Assembly: GCA_038801785.1 (NCBI GenBank)
Contig: JAULTD010000002.1
Location: forward strand, 7,993 to 71,992
Source of the DNA: Candidatus Methanomethylicaceae archaeon GD_Cm_T35_P0_bin.15
GTDB lineage: Archaea > Thermoproteota > Methanomethylicia > Methanomethylicales > Methanomethylicaceae
Direction of reading: 5' to 3'
Length of the DNA: 64,000 bases
How positions within the stretch are numbered: position 1 is the stretch's first letter; each line of letters begins with the position of its first letter. Shown here piece by piece: positions 54,793 to 63,639 of this stretch. The notes under the pieces were generated by a model, which saw only the letters and a list, made by a program, of their open reading frames with translations, did no database searches and was not told the DNA's origin. The position numbers and the translations under genes are program-made.

Positions 54793-55560
54793 CTAGTCTC
54801 CGTTTCCATTCCTACGCCTGCTCTCGCCCCCGCCTTCGCCCCTGTCCCGGCACCCAGCATCGATGAAGACTTTGGAGGCGATGCCCCTGCCGATCGCCAG
54901 TCTCGAGCCCCTGACCAGGATCTCAAGGGGGCCCCCGAACGGCGCAGCCTTGACGAGGGTGACCTCCGTGCCCGGCGTGAGCCCCATGTCGAGTAGCCGC
55001 TGGAGCAGGTTATGGCCGCCCCTGATGAAGAAGACCTTGCCCGATTGCCCCTCTCCCAGATCGATCAGTGCGGTGAGGCTCTCCTTGCGCCTGCCAACCT
55101 CCTCTAGGCCTTGGCTGTGGAGCTGCACGCACTCTGCACAGCTTCCGACCCTCAGGTCGCACGGCGGTATTGCCTTTCCGTCGTCCGGGCACCTGTCCGG
55201 GTGTCTGAGGAGCCGGCAGAGCGACTCCTCCGCGTCGTCCGAGAGTACATGCTCCATCTCGCAGGCTTGGCTGTGGACCTTCTCCTTGTCAATCTTCAGC
55301 AGGTCTGACAGGAAACGTTCGAGCAGGCGGTGCTTCCTAACAGTCCTCTCGGCGATCTCCCTCCCGGCACCGGTTAAGGTAGTGCCATGGTAGGGCGAAT
55401 ACTGTATATACTCCCTCTCCGCCAATTTCTTGAGCATCTCCGTAACGCTGGCTGGCGCCACGCTCAGGTTTCTGGAGATGTCTGTGGTGCTGACCGGGGC
55501 TCCGTCCTTGGAGAGGTTATAGACCGTCTTGAGGTAATCTTCAACGCTCTTTCTGGGCAT
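54793..55560 (-). CDS. DtxR/IdeR/MntR-family metal-dependent regulator with C-terminal FeoA/SH3-like domain
   Basis: VEDYLKTVYNL...ISRNLSVAPASVTEMLKKLAEREYI (wHTH), a dimerisation/metal domain with a Cys-rich insert (CRLLRHPDRCPDDGKAIPPCDLRVGSCAEC), and FeoA-like GQSGKVFFIRGG...LLDMGLTPGTEV. ATG 55560. Confidence 0.85.
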   Translation of the reverse strand: MPRKSVEDYLKTVYNLSKDGAPVSTTDISRNLSVAPASVTEMLKKLAEREYIQYSPYHGTTLTGAGREIAERTVRKHRLLERFLSDLLKIDKEKVHSQACEMEHVLSDDAEESLCRLLRHPDRCPDDGKAIPPCDLRVGSCAECVQLHSQGLEEVGRRKESLTALIDLGEGQSGKVFFIRGGHNLLQRLLDMGLTPGTEVTLVKAAPFGGPLEILVRGSRLAIGRGIASKVFIDAGCRDRGEGGGESRRRNGNGD

Positions 55561-55574
55561 TATCCCCACCGCTT

Positions 55575-55626
55575 TTAGGTACGCCTAATAAAGCGGGCTC
55601 TAATAAATATTTAGGTTTACCTAAAT
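55575..55626. promoter_or_regulatory. two DtxR/IdeR-box-like palindromes upstream of the dtxR-feoB operon
   Basis: ttaggtacgcctaa (55575-55588) and atttaggtttacctaaat (55609-55626), compared with the DtxR consensus TTAGGTTAGCCTAACCTAA as I recall it. They lie 15-65 nt upstream of ATG 55560. Confidence 0.5.
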
Positions 55627-55822
55627 AACCTGCCGGCAAAAAAGACCTGCGCCGCAGATGCGGCCCGGCAGCATGGCGGGTTCGGCCTGCCGCGGCCACG
55701 AGCGCAACCGCGACCCCCTGCCGTTACCCCCGCTGGCACCATTCAATAAGGCCCGCCCTCATGCCCGATCCCCCGCAGCAGGGCTGGTGCGACGCCTATG
55801 CATCGCCCTAATGGCAGGGTGA

Positions 55823-56170
55823 TCACCTGATGGCGCCCTCCCGGTCCTCCGGGCAGCAGGCTATGCCTGCCTCGGTGCGCCAGATCTGACCCTTGATCCT
55901 CTCCCAGCCGGCATGGGGCTGGGCGGCGGCCACCGTCTCGGCGAGCTCCTTCAGCATCAACTCTGCCCCGTCGCCGAATATCCTTGCGAGGGCATCGCTG
56001 AAGCGCTCTGGGTCCCGCAGCACCTGCTCGCCGCCTATGTGATATACGATGGTCTTTGCGATATCCTCGCCGAAGAGCACCTCCAGCCAGAGGCCGATGG
56101 TCTCCGCCAGCCTCTCCTTCGGCTCGATGCGCCCCGCTCGGCTGAGGAACTCCTCTCTCGCCTTCGCCAT
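55823..56170 (-). CDS. small conserved hypothetical protein, paralog A (see 59819..60181)
   Basis: 115 aa from MAKAREEFLSRAGRIEPKERLA. About 45% identical by eye over ~85 aa to the ORF at 59819. The track ORF is over-extended to 56398. Confidence 0.5.
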   Translation of the reverse strand: MAKAREEFLSRAGRIEPKERLAETIGLWLEVLFGEDIAKTIVYHIGGEQVLRDPERFSDALARIFGDGAELMLKELAETVAAAQPHAGWERIKGQIWRTEAGIACCPEDREGAIR

Positions 56171-56511
56171 CAACACGACCACACCGATCCACCAACCCTT
56201 ACGCGCCGAAAATTTATAAACCGGACAGGGTTCGGCGACACCTCCTCGCCGGTGCCGGAGGCCGCTCCCCCCCGGTCGCCCCCTTTGGCCCTCCCCGCAC
56301 CCTGCACGAAGCAATGCGCCTGCCCATGGACAGCCGCGTCCCATGGCCGGACCTGCCGGCACCCCCATGCCATCCCACTCGCCTCCTCGCGGGTTCATAC
56401 GCCTACGACCGGCCCCTCGGCCGATGCTTATTGGTAGGGGAGTAACCCGGGGGCGTCACGGGGCCCTGGTCAGGTCCCAGACCGCTGACAGGTCGCCTGC
56501 CCGACTCTCCG

Positions 56512-56519
56512 TTATAAAG
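56512..56519 (+). promoter_or_regulatory. TATA-box-like element upstream of the MCP gene
   Basis: ttataaag lies 36 nt upstream of ATG 56555. Confidence 0.4.
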
Positions 56520-56554
56520 TGTACTACACTATCACCCTGCAAAGAGGCATTCCT

Positions 56555-58672
56555 ATGAACCTCGGAATCCGGACCAAGATACTTATCATATGTGCTATTG
56601 TTGCCGTTGCGCCCCTCTCCGTAGGCATACTCTACTCATCACAACTCTACTCGGAGAACCTGAAGCAGCAGATCTTCCAAGGCACGGAGGCGGTAGCAGC
56701 GGCCTGTACCAGAACGTTCTTCTCGGAACTGCAGACTGCGGGAGGACTCGTGCAGCAGGCGTCAGCCATTTTGGACCACCTGCCACAGGAGGACTGGCGG
56801 ATCTCCCTCAGCGACCTCAAAGGCGCCTCCACCCGGATAATCGCGCTGGGCGTGGTCGACTCTTCCGGAAGGGTCCTCGCGGTGAGCGAGCCGGAGAGGT
56901 GGGCCTCCTCCTACATCGGGGTCGGGGCAGACCTGTCCGGGAAGGAATGGTTCAGGGAAGCGTCAGGCGGGAAATCCTACCCCTGTTCTGAGGGGAGCGG
57001 AGATACCGTCTACTACAGCAGGCCTGCGCTGGACTCTTCACTCTCGCGGCAGGAGGTGCCTGTGGTTCAGCTCTTCGCGGAGGAGTTCAGGGGCGTGGAC
57101 GGGGCAGACTACCTCCTCTTCATGGTCTATGACTGGTTCTATTCGCTCAACACCGCGGGACTCGCCCCGCAGGAGATGGTCTATGGTACCATCGGAGCGG
57201 TCGTCGGCGAATACGATAACTCGGGCCTTTACATATGGGCCGACACCAATCTGGTGGGCAGGATCGGGACCATCCTCGGCACATCTAGCCTCGGCGACGG
57301 GTGGCTGCTCTACACCGCCATAAAGGATGAGCGGGCCCCATCGTTGGACCGGGTAGAGGTCCGGACGGCAGAGTACTCCCTGAACGGGCAGCCCAGGGTC
57401 GTCACCGCCGCGGCTGCACCTTCGTGGTACCCCTATGCAATGATCTTCATAGGCTACCTGACCAACCCCGAGGCGGCGTACGCCTTCATAGACGGTGTCA
57501 GGAACCAGGTGGTCCTCATAGCCTCTGTCGTAGCGATCGCGGGTGTCGTCTCAGGTCTCTTCACCACGAGGGGGATGACGAGGAGGATCACAAAGCTGGC
57601 CGAGGCCGCGGCACGGGTGAGCTCCGGGGACCTCACAGTTACCTTCGGCAGCCGCGGTACCGGAGGGGGAGACGGAAGCGGGAAGGGCGACGAGATCGAC
57701 CGCCTCTCCGGCGCATTCAGCGTGATGGTCAGCAACCTCAGGGGGGTGATAAGCAAAGTCTCTGCCAGCTCCGACAGGGCGTCTGACTTTGCAGAGTCGC
57801 TCGGGTCGTCCTCGGAGGAACTCTCCTCCTCAGCCAACCAAGTCTCCCAGTCGGTGCAGCAGATCAGCACCGGCATACAGGATCAGGCCAAGACCGTCAA
57901 CGAGATCGCGGTGGAGGCCAGGACGACGCTGGGCACCATGGACGCGATCGGGAACGCCACACTCTCGCTCGACGCAGACGCTTCCCAGGCAGGGGAGCAC
58001 GCCGGCGAAGCCAAGGGCGCGGGGGAGGCAGGCATGGCGAAGCTGGATGCCATACAATCGGCAGCGAAGAGGGCGACCGAACTTTCGGCCAGCCTGAACG
58101 AAAAGTCGAAGCAGATCATCAGTATCGTCAGCACAATAAGAGAGATGGCTGACCAGACCTCGCTCTTGGCACTGAACGCTGCGATAGAGGCCGCCAGGGC
58201 GGGCGAGGCCGGGAAGGGCTTTGCGGTCGTTGCCGACGAGGTGCGCAAACTCGCAGAGGAGTCTCGGAAGAGCGCGGACCAGGTCTCGGTACTCGTCAAC
58301 AACATCACAGCAAGCACGAAAGCCGCCGCAGACGCTATGGGCGAGGTCGAGGCGAATGTCGAGTCGGGCGGTACCACCATCCGGGAGGCCCTCTCGAAGC
58401 TGGACTCGATATCCGACGCCATCTCGGGCATAGCCGGCAGGGTGCGCAGTCTGAAGGATTCGATCGAGACCGGCACCGCCGCCGTGAAGAAGATCGAAGA
58501 GGGCATCAGCGGGCTAGCGAGCGTCTCCGAGGAGTCTGCGGCATCGTCCGAGGAGATAACGAGCGCGGTCGAGGAGCAGACCGCTGCCATCGAGAAGCTC
58601 TCCGGAATGGCCCAGGAGCTCGTCAAGACCGCGGCGGAACTGAAGGAGGAGGTGAAGCGGTTCAACGTCTGA
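56555..58672 (+). CDS. methyl-accepting chemotaxis protein (two TMs, extracellular sensor domain, HAMP, MA domain)
   Basis: HAMP ([18 protein letters not shown]...[14 protein letters not shown]) and the highly conserved signalling hairpin ([38 protein letters not shown]). Confidence 0.9.
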   Translation: MNLGIRTKILIICAIVAVAPLSVGILYSSQLYSENLKQQIFQGTEAVAAACTRTFFSELQTAGGLVQQASAILDHLPQEDWRISLSDLKGASTRIIALGVVDSSGRVLAVSEPERWASSYIGVGADLSGKEWFREASGGKSYPCSEGSGDTVYYSRPALDSSLSRQEVPVVQLFAEEFRGVDGADYLLFMVYDWFYSLNTAGLAPQEMVYGTIGAVVGEYDNSGLYIWADTNLVGRIGTILGTSSLGDGWLLYTAIKDERAPSLDRVEVRTAEYSLNGQPRVVTAAAAPSWYPYAMIFIGYLTNPEAAYAFIDGVRNQVVLIASVVAIAGVVSGLFTTRGMTRRITKLAEAAARVSSGDLTVTFGSRGTGGGDGSGKGDEIDRLSGAFSVMVSNLRGVISKVSASSDRASDFAESLGSSSEELSSSANQVSQSVQQISTGIQDQAKTVNEIAVEARTTLGTMDAIGNATLSLDADASQAGEHAGEAKGAGEAGMAKLDAIQSAAKRATELSASLNEKSKQIISIVSTIREMADQTSLLALNAAIEAARAGEAGKGFAVVADEVRKLAEESRKSADQVSVLVNNITASTKAAADAMGEVEANVESGGTTIREALSKLDSISDAISGIAGRVRSLKDSIETGTAAVKKIEEGISGLASVSEESAASSEEITSAVEEQTAAIEKLSGMAQELVKTAAELKEEVKRFNV

Positions 58673-58694
58673 GAGGGATGCTGCGCTGGTTCAT

Positions 58695-58737
58695 CGGCTG
58701 GCGCCAGGCCGCAGGCTGGCGCGGCCCCGATTTTTTT
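58695..58737 (+). terminator. GC-rich palindrome plus T7 tract after the MCP gene
   Basis: ctggcgccag palindrome, then ccccgattttttt (T7 at 58731-58737). Confidence 0.5.
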
Positions 58738-58945
58738 CTCCCGACCGCCTCTGCCCCCTTTGATGCGGCTCAGTGAAAGGTGAAACTTGGTGCCATAGGG
58801 GGCACCGTCCTCCCCCTCAAGCGACCTCCTGCTGCGACGTATACATGAATCTGCTATACGCAAGTGCATTAGATCCTTCTTCCCTAGCGCCCCCCTTCGG
58901 CATTACATCCTGCTGGCCTAACTGCGGACAGGGCGGGTTCCCGAT

Positions 58946-58980
58946 CCCTTATCCTTTACCCTTTACCCCTTATCCTTTAC
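58946..58980. repeat. pyrimidine-rich short tandem repeat
   Basis: cccttatcctttac (58946-58959), cctttac, then cccttatcctttac (58967-58980). Confidence 0.8.
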
Positions 58981-59019
58981 AGTGCACACTGTCGATCCAA
59001 GATGCCCTCCGAAAACCGA

Positions 59020-59355
59020 TTATTCATGAGGCTCCTTGATCAACTTCTGAATGGCCCTAAGATGGGCTACCAGTTCCCAGCCCTTCTCCGTCAGCTCGAT
59101 GGTCTGCTTGAATGGGAAGACCTTTTCCTCGGTGATTTTTATGAGGCCTGCCCTCACAAAACCCTTCTCGTAGAGTATGTAGGTTGCCCACCTCACCGAT
59201 CCCCCCTTGCTCAGCAGTTCAGACTTGAGCGCCACCCCACCGCGTTTCTCCAATTCGAGCAGTATCTTCGCCGGACCAGGACTCAGGAATGAGTCAAGTT
59301 GCATGGACCCACCTATTCTCCCACCCTTACGCTTTGCGTGTAAGCGCTCAGACAT
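59020..59355 (-). CDS. winged-helix DNA-binding protein (family unassigned)
   Basis: 111 aa. ILLELEKRGGVALKSELLSKGGSVRWATYILYEKGFVRAGLIKI...IELTEKGWELVAHL has a wHTH-like pattern. Confidence 0.55.
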   Translation of the reverse strand: MSERLHAKRKGGRIGGSMQLDSFLSPGPAKILLELEKRGGVALKSELLSKGGSVRWATYILYEKGFVRAGLIKITEEKVFPFKQTIELTEKGWELVAHLRAIQKLIKEPHE

Positions 59356-59370
59356 AAAGATATCTCCGCC

Positions 59371-59391
59371 TTCTTACTAAGATAGTAAGAA
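59371..59391. promoter_or_regulatory. perfect 9-bp inverted repeat operator upstream of the wHTH gene
   Basis: ttcttacta-aga-tagtaagaa lies 16 nt upstream of ATG 59355, between it and an atatat TATA-like element (~59400). Confidence 0.55.
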
Positions 59392-59818
59392 CGTAAACTA
59401 TATATCTCCTCGCTTAATAAAGTATTGGCGCTGATGTGCAGGTTGATGCAAACTTGGCCTCTCTATTCTGTTCTTATGGTGACATCGGTCTCGACCTTTC
59501 CCGCATTGGGGATAGCCGCCCGGAGTATCTGTCTCCCTCCTTCACGGATAATGCCGAGCGCTTTTTTAAAACTTGCCGCCCGCCGATACGTCCGCGGCCA
59601 AGGGACCCGGTGTCCCCTGTAGGAGCGCGAGGAGAGGGCAGGAGATCGGGACTGACCGGGATCAGGAGGCGGGCAGGCGCGGGGGGAAGGTGCATGGTCA
59701 CCAGAGCAGATCCAAGCGGACGGGGAGTTCAGGTTTGGGCATAACCACACATAACGAACGGGCACACCGCTTGTCTGGCCGACAGTCTTTTACACACTGA
59801 CTGGTGTGGATCAGATTG

Positions 59819-60181
59819 ATGGAGAGAGCAAAGGGGAAGTTCGTCAGCCGAGCGGGGCATATCAAGACGAAAGAGGACTTGGCCCACCTGCTGTATGTCT
59901 GCCTGCTGAAGGTCTTCGGGAGGAACATCACGGAGGTCATCCTCTTCCATATCGGTGGCGCGCGCACCTTGGAGGATCCGGAACTTTTCAGTGAAGGGAT
60001 AATCCGGATATTCGGTGAAGGTGCGGTGATAATCCTCGATCAGCTCGGGGAGGCGATGGAGGATTTGAACCAGTCCGGCTGGGAGCCGGGGCATGAGCTG
60101 AGGAGACGCGCGGGCGGGCCTGCATCTGCGGGCGCGCGGCGAGGAAGGGGGCTGGGGACGAGGTCACTGGCTGCACAGTGA
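59819..60181 (+). CDS. small conserved hypothetical protein, paralog B (see 55823..56170)
   Basis: 120 aa from MERAKGKFVSRAGHIKTKEDLA. Shares F.SRAG.I..KE.LA, FG..I......HIGG......DPE.FS......IFG.GA with paralog A. Confidence 0.5.
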   Translation: MERAKGKFVSRAGHIKTKEDLAHLLYVCLLKVFGRNITEVILFHIGGARTLEDPELFSEGIIRIFGEGAVIILDQLGEAMEDLNQSGWEPGHELRRRAGGPASAGARRGRGLGTRSLAAQ

Positions 60182-60243
60182 GGCTATCGCCGGCGGGGCC
60201 GATGGTGTGTAACCTCCAGCGCTCCGAGGACACCTGAGACATC

Positions 60244-61545
60244 TTAGTGCTCTGCCCGGACGTACTGCCTGAGCAGCTTTATCGCGCAGTACTCGCCGCA
60301 CATCGTGCATGTGTGAGCCCCCGAAGCCGGCTCCCCCGGCAGCTTTTCTCTCCTCATCCTCCGGGCCTTCTCGGGATCGAGGGCCAGACTGAACTGCCTG
60401 TCCCAGTCGAGCTCCGCGCGTGCCTTTGACATCCGGAGATCCCACTCTGCCGCCTCCGCCCGCCTCGTCAGGTCGGCGGCGTGCGCGGCGATCCTGGTGA
60501 CGGTGACCCCCTCCTTGACGTCCGCCGCGCCCGGGAGGGCTATATGCTCCGCCGGCGTCACGTAGCAGAGAAAGTCTGCGCCCGCCGCCGCGGCGGCAGC
60601 ACCGCCGATCGCGCCGACGATGTGGTCGTAGCCGGGCGCCACGTCTGTCACGATCGGCCCGAGGACGTAGAAGGGCGCGTTCCCGCAGATGCTCTTCTCG
60701 AGCCTGACGTTCGCCGCTATCTGGTCCAGCGGGACGTGCCCGGGGCCCTCGACCATCGACTGCACATCAGCGTCCCTCGCACGCTCGACCAGCTCGCCCA
60801 GCACTAAAAGCTCATGGACCTGCGGCCTGTCCGTGGCGTCGTGTATGCAACCGGGCCGCAGGCCGTCTCCCAGGCTCAGCGTGGCGTCGTACTCCCTTGC
60901 GACCTCCAGAAGGTAGTCAAAGTTCTCGTAGAGCGGGTTCTCCTTCCCGTGGTGTTTGATCCATGCCGCCAGGAAAGTGCCGCCGCGGCTGACGATCCCG
61001 AGTAGCCGGTTCTGGCGGATGAGCCGATCGACGCTCTCCCTAGTCACGCCGCAGTGGACTGTGATGAAGTCGACCCCGTCCTTAAGGTGCCTCTCGATCG
61101 CACCAAAGATGTCGTCCTCCGTCATGTGGATTATGGCGCCACTCCTCCTCTTGGCATCGATGGCCGCCTGATATAGCGGAACGGTCCCGAAGGCCACCGG
61201 GGCCGCCTGTAAGAGCCTCCGGCGGATCCCGTCAAGGTCCCCACCCGTACTGAGATCCATGACCGTGTCCGCCCCTGCCCCAACGGCCGCCTCCACCTTC
61301 AGGACCTCCGCCTCCGCGTCGCAGATATCTGTCGAGGTGCCGACGTTGGCGTTTACCTTGACCCGCAGCCCCTCGCCTATACCCAAGGGTTTTATGCACT
61401 CTCTCCTCGCGGTGTTCTTTGGGATCACTATGCTGCCGCAAGCCACCCGGCGCATGACCAATTCGGGAGGGAGGCCCTCTGTCCCCGCAACATATCTCAC
61501 TTCCTCCGTCAGGACCCCCCTCCGGGCCGAAGCTAGCTGTGTCAC
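60244..61545 (-). CDS. thiC: phosphomethylpyrimidine synthase ThiC
   Basis: 433 aa with ANVGTS, MDLSTGG, HCGV and VEGPGHVP, plus the C-terminal cluster motif [12 protein letters not shown] start. Confidence 0.95.
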   Translation of the reverse strand: MTQLASARRGVLTEEVRYVAGTEGLPPELVMRRVACGSIVIPKNTARRECIKPLGIGEGLRVKVNANVGTSTDICDAEAEVLKVEAAVGAGADTVMDLSTGGDLDGIRRRLLQAAPVAFGTVPLYQAAIDAKRRSGAIIHMTEDDIFGAIERHLKDGVDFITVHCGVTRESVDRLIRQNRLLGIVSRGGTFLAAWIKHHGKENPLYENFDYLLEVAREYDATLSLGDGLRPGCIHDATDRPQVHELLVLGELVERARDADVQSMVEGPGHVPLDQIAANVRLEKSICGNAPFYVLGPIVTDVAPGYDHIVGAIGGAAAAAAGADFLCYVTPAEHIALPGAADVKEGVTVTRIAAHAADLTRRAEAAEWDLRMSKARAELDWDRQFSLALDPEKARRMRREKLPGEPASGAHTCTMCGEYCAIKLLRQYVRAEH

Positions 61546-61659
61546 AGCTCTCCCCCTGCCTCTACGCCTTCGCTGCCCCGTGTGCAGCCGATGGCCGCAG
61601 GTCTGGCCTGCGACAGGCGCTCTTCTGAGGCTGCGACGGACTGCCAGACGAAAAATCCA

Positions 61660-61765
61660 CCCATCTCTCTCCCTCCGCCAGCATTATCTGGATCAGGTAC
61701 AAAGGGTCGACGGTGAACAACCGTCCTCTCAGCCGGGTCGCTGCCCAGCTCCCCTTCCTCCGTGA
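61660..61765 (-). promoter_or_regulatory. TPP (THI-box) riboswitch in the thiC leader
   Basis: Minus strand reads GGGGAGCUGGGCAGCGACCCGGCUGAGAGGACGGUUGUUCACCGUCGACCCUUUGUACCUGAUCCAGAUAAUGCUGGCGGAGGGAGAG. It matches the GGGGxGC, CUGAGA, ACCC and ACCUGAUCyrGAUAAUGCyrGCG...AGGGA consensus blocks. GGAUUUUUCG follows directly. Confidence 0.85.
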
Positions 61766-61873
61766 GAAATGGGCGTGGTTCTTTTTAAAACCTTTTGGTC
61801 GGCGGGGGCTGTCTGTGGCAGGTCGGCAGCCCCGGCGGGAGCAAGCCCCACCGCCCGGCATTCCCGGGCAAGG

Positions 61874-62695
61874 CTACGCCTTACCCTCGACGGGCGGAGT
61901 TCTTCCGCCGCTCTTCCACACCCTCACCACTCCCATACCCGTGGTCCTCCCGCCGCCAACGTTGCTGTACTCTGCAAAGGTGAGGAGCGCGTCCGTGAGC
62001 TTGGAGTACTTCTCCTCCCTGCTCCTGATCGCGTAGCAGGCGCTTCCGGTAAAGCCTACCTTTGCCTTTACGCCCCGGACTGAGAGGGAAACGGTCCTCA
62101 GGTCGTACGCCGTGATGCCGATGCTCTTCCCCACCCACTCACGGTACCCCTCATAGTCCTCATCGCTGACTTCGGCAAAGGCCTTCCAGACCCTGAGGAG
62201 GTTCATCATCACCCTCTGCGGCTCAGGGAGGAGGCTGAAGAACGCCGCCCCCCTTTGGGAGAAGTAAGTGGGCGTGATGAACTCCATCGTGAACCGATCG
62301 ATCGCCGCAGCCTCGTCAAGGATGCTCGCATAGCTCTTGGAATCGATGAACAGCTCGCTGAAGCGGAGCTCGTTGTCCCTGATCAGCGCACTGTCGCCCA
62401 AGGAGAGGCGGCTGGCAAAGTCCTGCTCGAGGCCGTCCTCCAGTACCCTGACATCGAGCGTGCAGGGGCAGGAGGAATCCACTATATACCCGTCCTCCGT
62501 CCTGTACTTCTTGCGGAAGTGCAGCCTGTCCACGGTGTACGGCTTCAGGACGTTGAGCTCATGGAGGTCCTGCGCCATCGAAGGGGAACTCTTCCTGATG
62601 ATGTGCAGGAGAAGACCCCTCGCGATATGCCCGGTGAACCTTGGGAGCGGGAAATCCCTCTCGGAGATCATGCTGATCGTAATCCGTGCGGGCAT
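61874..62695 (-). CDS. cas6: CRISPR-associated endoribonuclease Cas6
   Basis: 273 aa. Duplicated ferredoxin-like/RAMP-style layout and the C-terminal glycine-rich loop NVGGGRTTGMGVV (G-x-G-x5-G-x-G type) characteristic of Cas6. Confidence 0.7.
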   Translation of the reverse strand: MPARITISMISERDFPLPRFTGHIARGLLLHIIRKSSPSMAQDLHELNVLKPYTVDRLHFRKKYRTEDGYIVDSSCPCTLDVRVLEDGLEQDFASRLSLGDSALIRDNELRFSELFIDSKSYASILDEAAAIDRFTMEFITPTYFSQRGAAFFSLLPEPQRVMMNLLRVWKAFAEVSDEDYEGYREWVGKSIGITAYDLRTVSLSVRGVKAKVGFTGSACYAIRSREEKYSKLTDALLTFAEYSNVGGGRTTGMGVVRVWKSGGRTPPVEGKA

Positions 62696-62787
62696 GGTAT
62701 CACCTCGTGCACAGGCGCCTTATTACCCTTTAAGCGGATAAAAGGATAAAATAGCCTGCCAGTGAAAGGGGTATCCGTGTTCCGGAA

Positions 62788-63072
62788 ATGATGACCCTCG
62801 TAATATACGACATATCCGACGACTCGATGCGGACCAAGCTCTCCGGATACCTGAAGCAGTACGGCCTCACCCGGGTGCAGTACAGCGGGTACAAGGGCGA
62901 TCTCGACGCCAATGACCGCCACGTCCTGGTACAGGAGGCTGGGAAGTTCCTCTCAGAGGACCGGGACTCGATATACGTGATCCCTGTCTGCACCTCCTGC
63001 ACGAGGACGGTCTCGATAATCTCCAAGACAAAGGGAGAGTTCAGGGACGACCAGAAGGTAAAGATAGTATAG
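62788..63072 (+). CDS. cas2: CRISPR-associated protein Cas2
   Basis: 94 aa. LVIYDISDDSMRTKLSGYLKQYGLTRVQYSGYKGDL...DSIYVIPVC fits the Cas2 beta1-alpha1-beta2 pattern (hhhYDIs...R.kh.k.L..yG..rVQ.S). Confidence 0.7.
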   Translation: MMTLVIYDISDDSMRTKLSGYLKQYGLTRVQYSGYKGDLDANDRHVLVQEAGKFLSEDRDSIYVIPVCTSCTRTVSIISKTKGEFRDDQKVKIV

Positions 63073-63258
63073 TATAAGCGCCGTGAGAGCGCGGCGGCAC
63101 GCCGCCCATCCCGGGGGCTCGGGGACGGCAGCAGGACTCAAAAGCGTTATAGACATAAAGCGTTTCTATTACCACTGTGACCGAAGATGGCCCACCTCCC
63201 CAGCGGGGTAGACCAGGAAGCGCTCCTGCGGCTCTTGCCCGCTCTCGAGTGGAGGATA

Positions 63259-63288
63259 GGAACTGGAACTGGAACTGGAACTGGAACT
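63259..63288. repeat. perfect hexanucleotide microsatellite (ggaact)x5
   Basis: ggaactggaactggaactggaactggaact lies in the ~560-nt apparently non-coding stretch after cas2. Confidence 0.9.
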
Positions 63289-63639
63289 GCCGCTCACAAC
63301 TGGGCCGCTCCTGCCCATTGCCCAGCCGCCTCTGCCGTGCCGGCGCTGCCCGCCGCCCATGCAGATGTATTCTTATACCTTCTCTCTCCCTGTCTGTCTT
63401 CTGCCCTCTCCCCGGCAACCATCCCGATAACGGTTGCGGCCCCTTCGGGGGGGCGGTGGAGGGTGAGCTCTGGCAAAACGCGGTGTCCATAAATGCCATA
63501 TAAAAAAAGTACGCATCGGCTCCTGTCCTGCCCTGACCGCAAGGCTGGCCCTGCCTACGTCATCCTGCTCTTCCTAATCCTCTCCCCTCCCCTCGAGGGG
63601 TTGCCGATCTGCCCCCAGCCAGCAGTTACCGGCACCACC

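Noticed and set aside
61562-61861. 99-aa minus-strand ORF upstream of thiC
   Set aside because: It overlaps the TPP riboswitch aptamer. Its sequence is Arg/Pro/Gly-rich with no motif, so the RNA element explains the conservation-like structure better.
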